DNA of 42,112 nucleotides from Octopus sinensis (lineage: Eukaryota), in the NCBI RefSeq assembly GCF_006345805.1, contig NW_021835222.1:1-42112 (forward strand), given 5' to 3'. The position numbers and the translations under genes are program-made. Shown one piece after another: positions 22,868 through 36,065 of the stretch; positions within the stretch are counted from its first letter, which is position 1, and every line of letters begins with the position of its first letter. The notes below the pieces were generated by a model that did not search any database, was not told where the DNA came from, and worked only from the letters and a program-made list of their open reading frames with translations.

Positions 22868-23395
22868 GTATGCGCTCTTGCAGAAGGAAAAGTAAAATCA
22901 AAGAATATGGCATATATATATATATAAAGTATAAGACAAGCTGGTTGAGGCTTAGTCTTGCATTATCTAGTACTACAACATTTACCACTACTACAAAAAT
23001 TCCCAATACCAGGTACCACTATTACTAATACCACCACTACAACTATTGCTAACATCAATGTTACTAATACTACTATTGCTATTACTTGTACTACCATACC
23101 CCAGGATTGTTGCTACGACTACTACTACCACAAGAACCATATATTAGTTCGGCTGCTGGTTATTACCTTGGGTGTTTACTACTCGGGGTAAGATTTTGGG
23201 TGGAACATGATGGATAGATGGTTATTAACTAGCAGACTGACTGTTGGGTGGCTTCTGTCTAAGTTTCTTCATTAAGGTAGGTTGGTAATAATGCCACATC
23301 TGCTACTACTGCCTCAAACAACAAAGGTGCCCGTACGCGACTTGCTAGAAAAAGAAACCAAATTGCCATGTACATCGTACCGTCTGTAAAAATAT

Positions 23396-23594
23396 TGGTT
23401 TCATATTTTGGCACAAGCCCAGCAGTTTCTGAGGGAAGGGGATGTTGATGACATCGACTCCAGTACTTGACTGGTACTTATTTTATTGACTCCGAAAGAA
23501 TGAAAGGCAAAATCTACCTCGACTGGATTCGTATGTAAGACAGATGCGCAACATTAGGCCCGGCGTGTTTGCAATTCTGTCAGCTCACCGCTTA
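23396..23594 (-). mobile_element. SINE family B copy nested in a family C repeat
   Basis: ttttggcacaagcccagcagttt...actggtacttattttattgactccgaaagaatgaaaggcaaa...cagctcaccgcttaa is family B in reverse. Confidence 0.85.
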
Positions 23595-23864
23595 ACTATC
23601 TGTAGAAATACCTCCAGAATTATGAAGCCTGCAGAAAGATAGGATGGTCAAGCCTGGAGCGTTTTTTATCATAGAGTTTTCAGTTCTATCAGGGCTGTCT
23701 TAGAACACATTGGATAATAAAGTCCTGCTTAACTATCTGTAGAAATACCTCCAGAATTATGAAGCCTGGAGAAAGATAGGATGGTCAAGCCTGGAGCGTA
23801 TTTTATCATAGAGTTTTCAGTTCTATCAGGGCTGTCTTAGAACACATTGGATAATAAAGTCCTG
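23591..23864. repeat. 137-bp direct tandem duplication
   Basis: 23591-23727 versus 23728-23864, two mismatches seen. Confidence 0.95.
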
Positions 23865-24858
23865 GATGAATAAGTTTAGGTGGTCCTGGCCTTTTGATCA
23901 TGTCAGCGTGATCAAGTCTGACCTAGGGTTAAACAGCGTCTCTACAGCTACTACCAATTAGCGCAATCAAGAAGGTATTTGGTTGCTGGGCACCCACCCA
24001 GGCTGCCTGATTTCTGCTGGGATAGGGGACAAGCTGATCTCTAGATATATTTGCAGGTTTAATGTTGTTTAACCATAGAATAACTTTGATGGAGTAAACC
24101 ATTGATCAAATGAATTCTACCCATGACTGTCTCAAAGGTATTTACGTTTACATTGTGTTCTTGTAGAAGGTAATTTCAGGGAGATGTGTTTATTTCTAGC
24201 AGAAGGTTTCTTCTTTTAGAAGTCATTGCTGTTTAGCCCCTGGTCAGCCTTGACTGTGTAGACTTATCAATTATGAAGCGTCCCAACAGCGACCATCCAG
24301 ACTTTGTAAATGTAGGACTTCACAGACACTTTTTAAAATGAAAGTGTACATTTTGAGGAAATTTGGTTGTTATTTCTAGCATATCAAGTGACTAGTTAAA
24401 GATTCCTTGGGTAAGTACGGTAAAGATCTATTTTTTTGAGAACCAGAAGAAATGCTCCTCACCCTCCATCATCACCACCGCCGCTATCATCATCATCATC
24501 ACCACCACAAAAACAGGATGCCAACCAACATCCGCCTCAAAGACTGGTTCTCTTGATCAACAGCCAACTTTACCAAATACAAATAGATAAATAAATTGAA
24601 AACCAACAATAAAAGTAGTAGTAGTAGTAGTAGTAGTAGTAGCAGTAGCAGTAGCCGGAAGACGTGTACTAATTCTTATTTAATCTTTGCTAAGCCCTAA
24701 ACCAATGAAGGAAAACGTTGCAGTCATGATCACCCCGTATTTTCGGGTGTTGTACATCTAAGACTACATTGCCAATGTTATTTATTTTTTATAATTAAAA
24801 AATTGTAAGCTCTAACTTCAAATGAATTTTCCTGTTTGCGATTCCCTCCTTGGCTCAT

Positions 24859-24908
<50 letters not shown>
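24859..24908. repeat. (TAG)n microsatellite
   Basis: Directly visible. Confidence 0.96.
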
Positions 24909-24909
<1 letters not shown>

Positions 24910-25281
24910 ATGAAGGTGGTGGTAGTAGTGAGCGGAGTTTACAACTAATTGATATTTAGGAAAGAAAACTGTTGACATCAAGGAAGTTGTGGAAACTGAG
25001 GAATTAAACAACCAAGAATTTTGGTTGTTTTGGCGGATATTCTTACAGTCTTTTGCCTTCAATAGTACCCCCACTCTCTCTCTCTCTTCTTCTTCTTCTT
25101 CTTCTTCTTCTTCTTCTTCATCTTTTAAACCTTAAAATGTCATACCCTTGAAAGCTGATAGTTTATTGTCTGCTGTTGCACTGCATTCTTTAAATTTACG
25201 CGTGCATATAGGCTATATATATATATATATATATATACATACATACACACGCGCACACGTATGTGTACATAGACATCTATG

Positions 25282-25410
<129 letters not shown>

Positions 25411-26341
25411 TTTAATAACGAAGAAGTGTTTATCAAATAATTAAGTATTAAAAATATAAGTTTCCTTAATTCCAATGTTTTCAACATTAAAAATTAATCC
25501 CGGTAAGATTGAACGTGTTTAGAAAAAATACTAGTCGATTAATTAACATTATTGTCTGGACAAGAAGGGCAGCAACTGGCCCAAGGAATTCAAATCTTTT
25601 ATAGCAAAATAATCAAATAATTTAAATGTATGAAGTAGGATTTTAAATAGTTTTACGAATCTCCTAAGGAGTAAGTTAGTCCCAACAAGGCCAGCAACTT
25701 ATGACAGAGGTTAGTACGTATTCCACTGACGAAGCCAAATATAGTGTGAACAAAACATAGTTATCTCCCTGGTTGCCAATTATAATACCTTAACAAATAA
25801 CTATTGCACCCTGCTTCATGTATTGAGTACTTAGTAGTTTGGTAGTGAAATACACTTGTTATTTACTGTATGTGTATGTGCGTACGTGCGTGTTGATACA
25901 CACACAGAACAATCAGCATAAATATGTGCATGTAAATATATGTTCACGTGTATGTGTGTATGTATGTATATATATATGCGCATGCGTGTGTATATATATG
26001 CGCATGCACACAGAGACTCTGTCGCCTACCCCAACACCCGCACCATCTCAGTTTCCATTACAATTGCTTTCATGTAAGTTCGTTTATCAACAATTAGAAA
26101 CCAGACCAACCTCCTCGTCCCCACCATTCCCTTAGTCTACGTAGCTTTCAGTTTATCTGTCAGCCTCATTGTCGGCCTATCATTCTGTCTGTCTGTCTGT
26201 TTGTCTGTCTCTCTACGTCAATGTCCGCTTGTCAGTCTTTTTGCTAATGTTTCCCTATCAACATTTAGCAAAACTGTCTCCCAGTTTCAAAACTGCATTT
26301 TATTATTTTTTTAAAAAGAAATTTCGTATCAATTATCCTAA

Positions 26342-26344
<3 letters not shown>

Positions 26345-26400
<56 letters not shown>

Positions 26401-26452
26401 CCCTCTCTCTCTCTCTCTCTCTCACTCTCTTCTTCTATCTATCTATCTCTCT
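26345..26452. repeat. (CT)n microsatellite
   Basis: Directly visible. Confidence 0.95.
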
Positions 26453-26934
26453 GGATAGATAGAGAAAGAGATTTGTTGCTATCTACTTTGAGCGCTTGCA
26501 TTTATTTATCTATCTTTCGCATTTTCCCATCTTATACTCAAGCAACCAACCGCTTTTCATTTCTTTCTTCTGCACGCTCTCACTAACATGTTTCGTTCCC
26601 TTTCTCTGACTCTCTGACCCTTTTTCACATACATTATCTGTTGTTCCTTCTCTGTGCTTCTCTCGCTCTCTTTTGCTATGTGTAGCTAAGCAAGTCTATC
26701 TCGCCCTCATACTATCACTCCTCCACACGTAAACACACATTTGTTATTTCACGTGAAGTTGTACAATACACCGAAACCAAAATCTACGACGGATTCGCAC
26801 AAAATTTTCACTTGCAGGTTAATGAAACTAACAAAAGTATTTAAAAAAACACAAACAAACGTCTATCTAGACCAGTGAGTGTATTAACTTAATCCCAACC
26901 ATTTATTTAACCCTCAATCTGAACCAGTTAAACT

Positions 26935-27176
26935 CATAATCTCAACCATTTCTTTGCCTCTATGAACCCCTTTGATTCCTATCTTATTCTACTTGGACCT
27001 CCATAGCTATTCGATGTATATATAAAAAAAAAACCTATTGTATTTTTATAATTAAATATCATTAGAAATTGTATAAAAAATACTTAAAACATTGTATGTA
27101 TTGTAGAAGCATAAGCAATTTATTGCAGATAAATTTTAACAACAAAATATTAAATGGACCCGGTTGACAACCCTTT
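26935..27176. mobile_element. possible degenerate hAT-type MITE
   Basis: The ends tctcaacc...(atgaacccc, tggacctcc) and tggacccggttgacaaccc resemble hAT/Charlie-like termini with subterminal ggacccc motifs. No TSD recognised. Confidence 0.4.
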
Positions 27177-29699
27177 AGCTAGACGCATATTCTCAGCCAT
27201 TTGATTCTTTAGTTTAAACCATCTAAGTCTTTAAACCATCAGAGGTAAACATTTAATCATTAGTTCTAAGCCATCACGTGAACGTGTGAGCTTTGCCTTA
27301 ACTAAGTACTCAAGGTTTAAGCAGATTGTGACATTTGTTATCGATAACGAAGCGGTTACTTATAAATGAAATAGAATCAAAGAGAGAAATTTGTGTTAAT
27401 TGAGAAGTTAACTAGAAATTAATGTAGGGAGAGGACAAATATTATATTCATTTGTTCGGTAAATGCGGGAGATGACTCTAAGCATATCTATAAATTATTC
27501 TGGGCTAATTAGAGAAGTACACCTAAAATTCATTAATGAACAGTTTATAGATTTCGTGCGTCTTGTAAGATGAGCATTTTGGATGGAAGTACGATCTAGA
27601 ACGATGATCATTAGCGAAATATTTATATGATCCCCAATTTCATTGGTCTCTTCGTTTTACTTCTGTTATAAGGTAAATATACATAGCGAGAAAATATTTA
27701 CGGCCTATTTAGCATCAGTAGAACTGAGTTCAGTGATGTGGGAAGACGATGGCGAGATGTTTGGTTGAGTTGACAGAAGCTAGAATACGATGAATGAACA
27801 GTTTCTATCCTTTGTTATAGTATAGCTGCCATGTGAAACCAAGAGAGACTGGTTAAACGTGAAAAAAGTGTTTCCATATTCATTTAGTGTGCAATTACAG
27901 CTTCAGCATATTAGGGAGATACCTATTTGAAAAATGCATATCAGGAAAATACATATTAGGAAGATACATATTAGTCGTTCATATCAGAGTTGGAGTGCAA
28001 CTGTATCGGTGGGCAAGTCGTAGATAATGCGACGAAAATTTTGACACCAGTAAATGGTTAAGTGAAGTTAAAAGTCTTTGTGTGTTGATGAATGCCTGCT
28101 TCGTGTCTTTCACACAGTAATTCCTTTAGTTTCAGCACACGATTTCAGATTAAATCACTTGCCAAACAAGTATATCGAAATGTTTTAATGTTGTTGAGTC
28201 AAAACATACTACTAGAACGAAGAAGCAGGGTCGGTGTGGTAGGATGGAGTATCGCCTGCTATTTCTAGCAGATCTGAGAAAGGGCTTAATGATACCCGTT
28301 GTTAGTTCGTCCAACATCCAATTTTTAAAACTGGTAGGGAATTTAGACATGGAACTTTAGTTGCGTCATTGAATGAAAAAGGGGGAAACTCTTGCATACT
28401 GGCTTACTCTTTGTTACTTGGTTGGAAATATGTAATAATTATTAGACACGAAAAACCATTTCTGAGAGCGTAAAAAAGAAATGGTTCCTACTTTTGAAGA
28501 ATCCTTAATGACTTCAAGATGTGTCTCCAAAGTTTCCTTGTCAATTAGTTGTGTTATATAGCGAGCGATTAAGCGTGAAATTAACGCAAGATCATACAAG
28601 ATCGTTTAAGATCAAATGGGTATACAGTAAATATGCAGAAATATAAGAAGAAAGGCACGTGAGGACACACACGCACACATAAACACATATATGCGAAAAT
28701 CCTATATGCGCAGCAGCACTAAACCATGCTGCAGCCAGGCACATACAAGTATTTACATAAATGGCCTCACGTTATTTCTAATTAAGGAGTGAAGCTGTAG
28801 CATTAATATGGAAGAATTTCAAAACAGAGAAAAGGATGTATCACAAAATCATATTGTGATAGCCATGCCTTTCTTGCAAGAAGTTCAAAAGTAAATGACA
28901 CGATTTAAAAAAGAGTAGCGACCTGGGTTCACATATAAGTTACATAAATTGTTTATTGTGTGTATATGTGCATATGTGCTTCGTTTGAAGAATATTTGTG
29001 TGAAAGAATTAGTTTACAGAAAGAGGGCTACTCGTGTATGAGCTAGTGAAAGGATAGAATAAGAGAGAGGAGAGAGAAAACAAGCAGAAATGGGAGAAAG
29101 AAAAGAAGTAGGAGAATAGGTAGATGATAAGGAAAAAGAGGAAAGCGAACCGAAGATGAAGAGAAAGGGAAAGTAAAAATTCGACAATCAATGAAAATAA
29201 AATAAAACATATAAATAAATGAAAATAAAATGAAAAGAGCTGTGCAAGGTTCGAACGACGGTAGTTTACCATAAATTATATTTTTTAATGTCTATTATTA
29301 TATTTATTTATTTTTGTTCAGCTTATTGGTCGCGGGACCCAACTTTTTCTTTCAAGTTAATTAGATATGACAATGCCAATTAAAAGAGAACCAATTTCTT
29401 ACAATGTGTCATGGAAGGTGCCAGGGAGTTTAAGTTGATAAATTCTCAATTCCCGCCTATAGACGACGCCACTTCAACTAACCAGTCGCCTCCACTGTCA
29501 TTTTGATGGTGGAGGTGGGAAAGAGGAAGTTTTTAAACATCTATGGCGACACACAAACAACAATTTCGCAATTACGGTCTATCTGCTTGTTTGTTTGTTA
29601 CTAGAGTTTATGTTTTATTGATGTTTTCTTTGCTGCATATATTTTTCCTCTTGTTATAATTATATTCATAAAAAGGAAAGGAAGACAGAGGACTGGTTG

Positions 29700-29885
29700 T
29701 TTCAGTAAAGCAACATTGGACAAAACGTCTTACTGCATTTAACAATGTCCTTTCACGTACTCGAGTTCAAACCCCGCCGAAGTCGACTTTACATTTCATT
29801 CAATAAAATAAACTCCTGGAATCGTTATAATAAAATATATATCTCTGTCCCAGCCTCAAAGTTTGTGGCCTTAAACTTTTCTAAT
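29700..29885 (+). mobile_element. degenerate SINE family B copy
   Basis: cgagttcaaaccccgccgaagtcgactttacatttcatt ... tgtggcctt. Confidence 0.7.
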
Positions 29886-30397
29886 CAATCATTATCATTA
29901 TCATTCTAAAGAAGAAGAGACTGCTACTGGCGGAAGAAACCGTCCAATTCCGGGGAAATACTTTATGGCTACATCTCAACTCTCCCGGATTCCATTGATA
30001 ATGCACTGATTAAGAGTATCTAATCTGCTACATCCTCTCACTCAAAGAAATACTTGATTTGCGTCGATATTAGTTAGAAAGCAACTTCATTAAAACAGTT
30101 GTCGAGTTATTACGAATATGTAAAGCGGTTCACTCCGTGTAAGACTGTTACCATAATGCAAATTAGTTTAAAGCTATTAATAATATTCAAATTAAATCAA
30201 TCTGTGTAAATAAAATTGCATTTCTATTGGCCCTCAGCTATTTCATTTCGTCATCATGGCGTGGGTGAACGTATTTAGCCGAGAAGTGGCAAAGCTTTTA
30301 AAAATGGTGGAGACAGCGCTGTCAGTTCGACTTACAGCTGGTTTGCTGCCAAGGACAACAATCGACCCATCAAACTGCGGTATTACCGGCGACAACA

Positions 30398-30443
30398 TAT
30401 ATGTATATATATATATGTGTGTGTGTATGTGTGTGTGTGTGTG

Positions 30444-30474
<31 letters not shown>

Positions 30475-30560
30475 GATATATATCTATGTATATATATGTT
30501 CATATATATATATATCTGCATGTATATATATGTATATATATATATGTATATGTGTATATA

Positions 30561-30606
<46 letters not shown>

Positions 30607-30627
30607 ATATGTATATATATATATGTA

Positions 30628-30695
<68 letters not shown>

Positions 30696-30766
30696 GTTCA
30701 TATATATATATATCTGCATGTATATATATGTATATATATATATGTATATGTGTATATATATGTGTG

Positions 30767-30835
<69 letters not shown>

Positions 30836-30846
30836 GTGTGTATATA

Positions 30847-30907
<61 letters not shown>

Positions 30908-31116
30908 GTATATATATATGTATATATGTATATGTATATATATATATGTATAAATATATGTATATGTGTATATATATATGTGTGTATATGCATATATATA
31001 CATAATTATATGCATGTATATATATACATATATATGCATGTAAATACATATATATATATATATAATACACACACACACGCACGCGCGCGCGCGCGCGCAG
31101 ATATAAATATATATAT
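30398..31116. repeat. ~720-bp compound (TA)/(TG) alternating purine-pyrimidine array
   Basis: Directly visible, with an internal block repeated at 198-bp offset. Confidence 0.96.
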
Positions 31117-31239
31117 GTCAACACAATGCCGGATGAAACACCGCAAAATACAGTAGGTTTGAATGTTCAGCTGTTTCTACTGTACATACGATTACGTATT
31201 GAGTACTCTTTCTTTTATAGTCAAGCACATACAGACTGG

Positions 31240-31264
31240 CAGACAGACAGACAGACAGACAGAC

Positions 31265-31352
<88 letters not shown>
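31240..31352. repeat. (CAGA)n(TAGA)n microsatellite
   Basis: Directly visible. Confidence 0.97.
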
Positions 31353-31680
31353 TGTCATTAAAGGAATGATACTGTCGACAGCATGAAATTGCCAGTCACT
31401 TTTGGAAATCCTTAGCAATCTCTACCGTCGGCGCCTTTGTGTGTGTAAGCTTGTACTCGTATGTTTGTGTATGTGTCTATGCGATTGGCTGCTTCTAACT
31501 GAACGTTGTTTCATAAAAGACATCTTTCAATAAAAATTCCATGATGCATTTTGAAAAGCTTTTCTTTATTGGTCGTCAGAACTGAATAATAGCTGAAACA
31601 TTTTAATTTCCGGAACTAGCATCATATGCTTCTTGTTGTTGTTCTGTTATGACGGTGGGAAGGATAGGAGCCGTTGTTTT

Positions 31681-31688
31681 ACATACAC

Positions 31689-31753
<65 letters not shown>

Positions 31754-31854
31754 TATATACATATGTGTAAATATGCATATATGTGTGTGTGTATGTATAT
31801 ATATTTGTATGTAAAGATATACATGTTATATATGTGTGTGTGTGTGGATATATA

Positions 31855-31917
<63 letters not shown>

Positions 31918-32106
31918 TAGATATATATATACATATATATATATATATATGTATGTATATTTGTATGTATGTATATATATATACATATATACATGTATGT
32001 ATATTTGTATGTATGTATGTATGTATATATATATATATATTATATATATATATATAATATATATATATATATACATATATATGCATATATACGCACACAT
32101 ATATAT
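31681..32106. repeat. compound (CA)/(TA)/(TATG) microsatellite
   Basis: Directly visible. Confidence 0.95.
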
Positions 32107-32404
32107 TGTTGAAAGTGGGGCAGCAGTTGTGAAAGATAGGTACGATTCCACATTGGTGATGGTGTTTGACGTTTGACAATGGTTGGTGGCTTTGGTAGCA
32201 AGTATGATATATTTTAAGAATAATTTTTAACTGACACAAAAGAATAAATTTAAGGGGGGAATCGATTGAATCGATACCACTAAATGACAGGTCCGAATTT
32301 TAGAAACACCTGAAGCTAAGTCGATTCCGGGAGATTTTAATTAAAATAGTAAATAACAAAATGCCTGTAATTCACCCACCTCTGTCATTTTTCTAACAAT
32401 ACTG

Positions 32405-32540
32405 ATTTCTAATATTGGCACGAGGGCCGCAAGGGAAGGGTGGAATATATTCGAGCACTTTATTGGTACTGTTAGTATACAAGTCTAGAAGGATGAAAGG
32501 CGAATTCGAACCGGCCAGATTTGAAGTCAAAATGTAAAGA
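32405..32540 (-). mobile_element. degenerate SINE family B copy
   Basis: ttctaatattggcacgagggcc...gaaggatgaaaggcgaattcgaacc. Confidence 0.6.
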
Positions 32541-32691
32541 AGCATTCTGAAATTAGTAGGCAAAAGCTTAAGCTATCGATGTTTAAAATCTAAAAGTAAC
32601 AACCAAGAGAAATAACTCTAATGCGAACAACCAAAGGAAATTTTCGAAAATATAGAGAATAAAACATGATGCCTATAAACTAATTTAGACG

Positions 32692-32737
<46 letters not shown>

Positions 32738-33195
32738 CAATTTTATCAACAGTGATTTCGAAGTTTTTGTAAGTGCACCTCCCTTGTAGTGAGCTGTTTC
32801 CTCATTTGATATTCACAGTTACTTTTTTTTATTTTTATACTTATAGATTCCTTATATATGCCCACATCTGTGTGTATGTCTGTGTGCGTCTGGTGTTTCT
32901 TACATCAATACAAGTCATACAATCAATATCAAACATATATAAATGAATGCAAATGCAAAATATAATTTTACTTAAATCATTTATTTTTAATGAAACCTGC
33001 TAACAATATGTACATGTACCCATCATTAATTATACAAGTTTTATTGTTTACAGTACAAGCTTTGTGCATGTGTGTAGATATTCATCCAGAAGTGTATATG
33101 TGTATGTGTGTAAAGTATATATATGCTTTACACACACACACACACACACATATTTATATATATTCTTTTATTCTTTTGAACAAATCGACCCCAGG

Positions 33196-33199
33196 ATAA

Positions 33200-33281
<82 letters not shown>

Positions 33282-33295
33282 TGATTGATAGATAG
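33196..33295. repeat. (GATA)n microsatellite
   Basis: Directly visible. Confidence 0.97.
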
Positions 33296-33345
33296 AAATA
33301 CAAACCTATATATTAATATACATAAACACATACACTCACACTCAC

Positions 33346-33392
<47 letters not shown>

Positions 33393-33989
33393 TATGATGA
33401 TACTAAGTAAGCAGTTGAGAACACACAAGAAAAAAACGAAAATATATAAAAATATAAACAAAATTTAAAAAAAGGATAAATTCCAAAAGAATAATCAAAT
33501 TCACATTAACTTATCTGGATATCATACCTGTAATTATCTATGACACTTATCTCTTTCATTTTATTGCCGGTGCTCACCATATATGTATGCGTGGACGTGT
33601 ATATGTATTTGTGTGTGTGTGTATACGCGCGCCCCGTACATATTGTATCGCAACTACCTCATTTATCATCATCACTATCATCAGTATGACTACATATTTA
33701 TTTTCGCTCTTCCTTCCTTATCCCAGAACCGTTTCTTCAGGGGAAACTATTTTATCACAAAGCGTAAAAGTTTTCTATCACTACGGTTGGTTGCCTCTCA
33801 CTACAGCGGAGCGACTCTTTCTCTCTCTTCCTCAGTGCATGTGTGAGTGTGTATTTGTGAGTGAGTGCGTGTGTGTATGTGTGTGTGTATGTGTGTGTGT
33901 ATACACACAGACACAGGTTTATATATGTAGGTATATGTGTGTATCTATATATCAAATAAATATTGGAATATATGTATGTGTTTGTGCGT

Positions 33990-34023
<34 letters not shown>

Positions 34024-34221
34024 GAGAGAGTGAAGTCTTGACAAACATAGCCTGCTCTATTGAATTTGCAAAATGCTACATAGAGCTTTGCTTCTTTGCG
34101 CTCACTACTAGGACTAGAAGTATTACGACCGGTAGTGCAGCATGTAATCGTAGTCGTCGATGCTGTTGTTATTGGCGAAACTGTGTGAGGGTCAGGAACG
34201 GCATGGCATTGGTCTTAATGA

Positions 34222-34470
34222 ACGTGTGTGTGTCTTTGTGTCTGTGTTTGTCCCCCCATCACCGCTTGAAAACCGGTGCCGGGATGTTTACGTTCCCGTA
34301 ACTTAGCGGTTCGGCAACATAGGACAATAGAATAAGTACTAAGCTTTTAAAAAAAGTTCTATGGTCGATTGTTTGACTAAACCCCTTTAAGGTGGTGCTC
34401 CAGTGTGGCCGTAGTCAAATGACTAAAACAAGTAAAAGTATAAAAGAATAGGATTGAAACAAGTAAAAGA
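34222..34470 (+). mobile_element. SINE family A 3' half
   Basis: tgtttgtccccccatcaccgcttgaaaaccggtg...cccgtaacttagcggttcggc...gtcaaatgactaaaacaagtaaaa. Confidence 0.88.
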
Positions 34471-34606
34471 GTATATATATATATATATGTATATATATAT
34501 CAGTGGTGACTCCGGCTCTCGGGCTGTTCGGGCTTAGCATGAGTATAAATTTAGTAAAGTGAACGTGTGTTTGCAAGCTGATTTCATTTCTGCCATCACT
34601 CGACTT

Positions 34607-34622
34607 CAGCCAATCAGCCAAT
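34607..34622 (+). promoter_or_regulatory. tandem CCAAT (NF-Y-like) boxes
   Basis: cagccaatcagccaat inside a CpG-containing, repeat-free stretch (34500-34800). Function is inferred only. Confidence 0.3.
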
Positions 34623-34919
34623 AACTCGGGCTTCTTTTTATTGAGCCTGGTTGCAGTTCATTTATTTTCGTTTAGCGTCTGGCGGTTTCTTAGAAGTGCC
34701 CTTTGTCAAAAAATATCATTCGTTGCTGACATTCTCTCGACATCGTTCATATGCGCCTGACTCGATCTCAAAAGTTACAGCCCGACTTGTTATGTATACT
34801 TGTAAAACTTAAAAGTGATTAAAATTCTTTTTTTTTTCAAACAATAAATTTCCACAGAGAAATTGAAATTCCAATCTGTGAAAAGTTTCCGTTCTACAAT
34901 ATTCATAAAGGAACGAAAA

Positions 34920-34979
<60 letters not shown>

Positions 34980-35313
34980 GAGTGAGAGAGCAGTGCATGC
35001 CATCAAAGTGACACTGGGGTGAAATATACGAAGCCCAATATACCCATCATGACTACCCGTCTGATAAGGGTACACTAGGCACATGCATCACAACCATATG
35101 TGCGCAACATGGTGGTCTCATATCAAGATAAACAGCACATAAACTTGCAGGTGGGGCCCAGTTAGAATTTTCTTCTGGTCGAGTAACCCATCTCGCACAA
35201 AAGGTCCCTGAATAAGGGTTGTTTAAGGATGTTGAACGTAACACCCATGTTTCCAGAGGTAAATTATTCAAACCCCAAAGAATCCCTCTCAACACATGGC
35301 TATGATGCTTCCC

Positions 35314-35314
<1 letters not shown>
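34980..35314. mobile_element. 335-bp element inserted within a (TAT)n microsatellite
   Basis: Sharp boundaries with in-phase (TAT)n on both sides (34921-34979 and 35315-35368). Confidence 0.7.
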
Positions 35315-35368
<54 letters not shown>

Positions 35369-35701
35369 GAGTAAAGTTTCACTTGGAAAAGAAAGGGAGA
35401 GTGGAGAGGGAAGTGCTACTTCCCAGTGAATTTGTGAAAAGATGAGTGACTGCGGTAAATATGGCTACAGTGAATGGCCTTAGTCCATGTATGAACCTGT
35501 AGATAAGAGAGTAAGAGAGAGGGCTCGTGCATTTGGTGGTCAGGGTAATCTTGGATATGTGGGGCTCCTTGATTGACATTTCACTGTCTTGTTCATTTCT
35601 TTCTTCCCATCCTTTTACGTAAATCCCCACACAAATTGTTGTTTGTCATAGTAATGTCACCCTCATCTATACCCTTGTGGTTAATAAAAGAAAATAACAT
35701 C

Positions 35702-35743
35702 TTATTATTATTACTATTATTATTATTACTATTATTATTATTG

Positions 35744-35810
<67 letters not shown>

Positions 35811-35832
35811 TATTATTATTATTACTATTAAT
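35702..35832. repeat. (TTA)n microsatellite
   Basis: Directly visible. Confidence 0.97.
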
Positions 35833-36008
35833 TAATTTATTTATTCACTTGTTTATATCTTGTAAAGATAAGAGGTATGAGTATGAAAGCTTTTGTCATA
35901 CTACTGTGATCTCTTTGTTGACTTTTGCTGTTAGTATTCAGGTCACAGGGTGCGGAAAACACCTTGATACGTGTAAAGCAAATAATTTTAAAAATCAATA
36001 TCAAGTGC

Positions 36009-36065
<57 letters not shown>

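Larger units (their letters stand above)
23330..24760. mobile_element. cluster of degenerate copies of a further short interspersed repeat (family C) in both orientations
   Basis: Motif gatggtca..gctgga..gcc.ttgatca...gggctgacct.ggg.taaacaac at 23640-23710, 23780-23840 and 23875-23936, and its reverse complement at ~24060, ~24228 and ~24685. It also occurs at ~13190 and ~19915. Confidence 0.6.

Noticed and set aside
25722-25775. CTGACGA...aaaac hammerhead-like motif
   Set aside because: There is no GAAA box and no convincing stems.
28000-28600. Short ORFs possibly from an old transposon or exon
   Set aside because: No recognisable motif or splice-site pair.
30256-32239. Long ORFs of 100-250 aa rich in Y/I/C/V/H/T (also at 3.1, 9.3, 25.1 and 41.2 kb)
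   Set aside because: These are translations of (TA)/(TG)/(CA) microsatellites, which lack stop codons in all frames.
35573-36013. Poly-Leu ORF (and poly-Ile at 15691-15945) resembling membrane proteins
   Set aside because: (TTA)/(ATT)n microsatellite translations.
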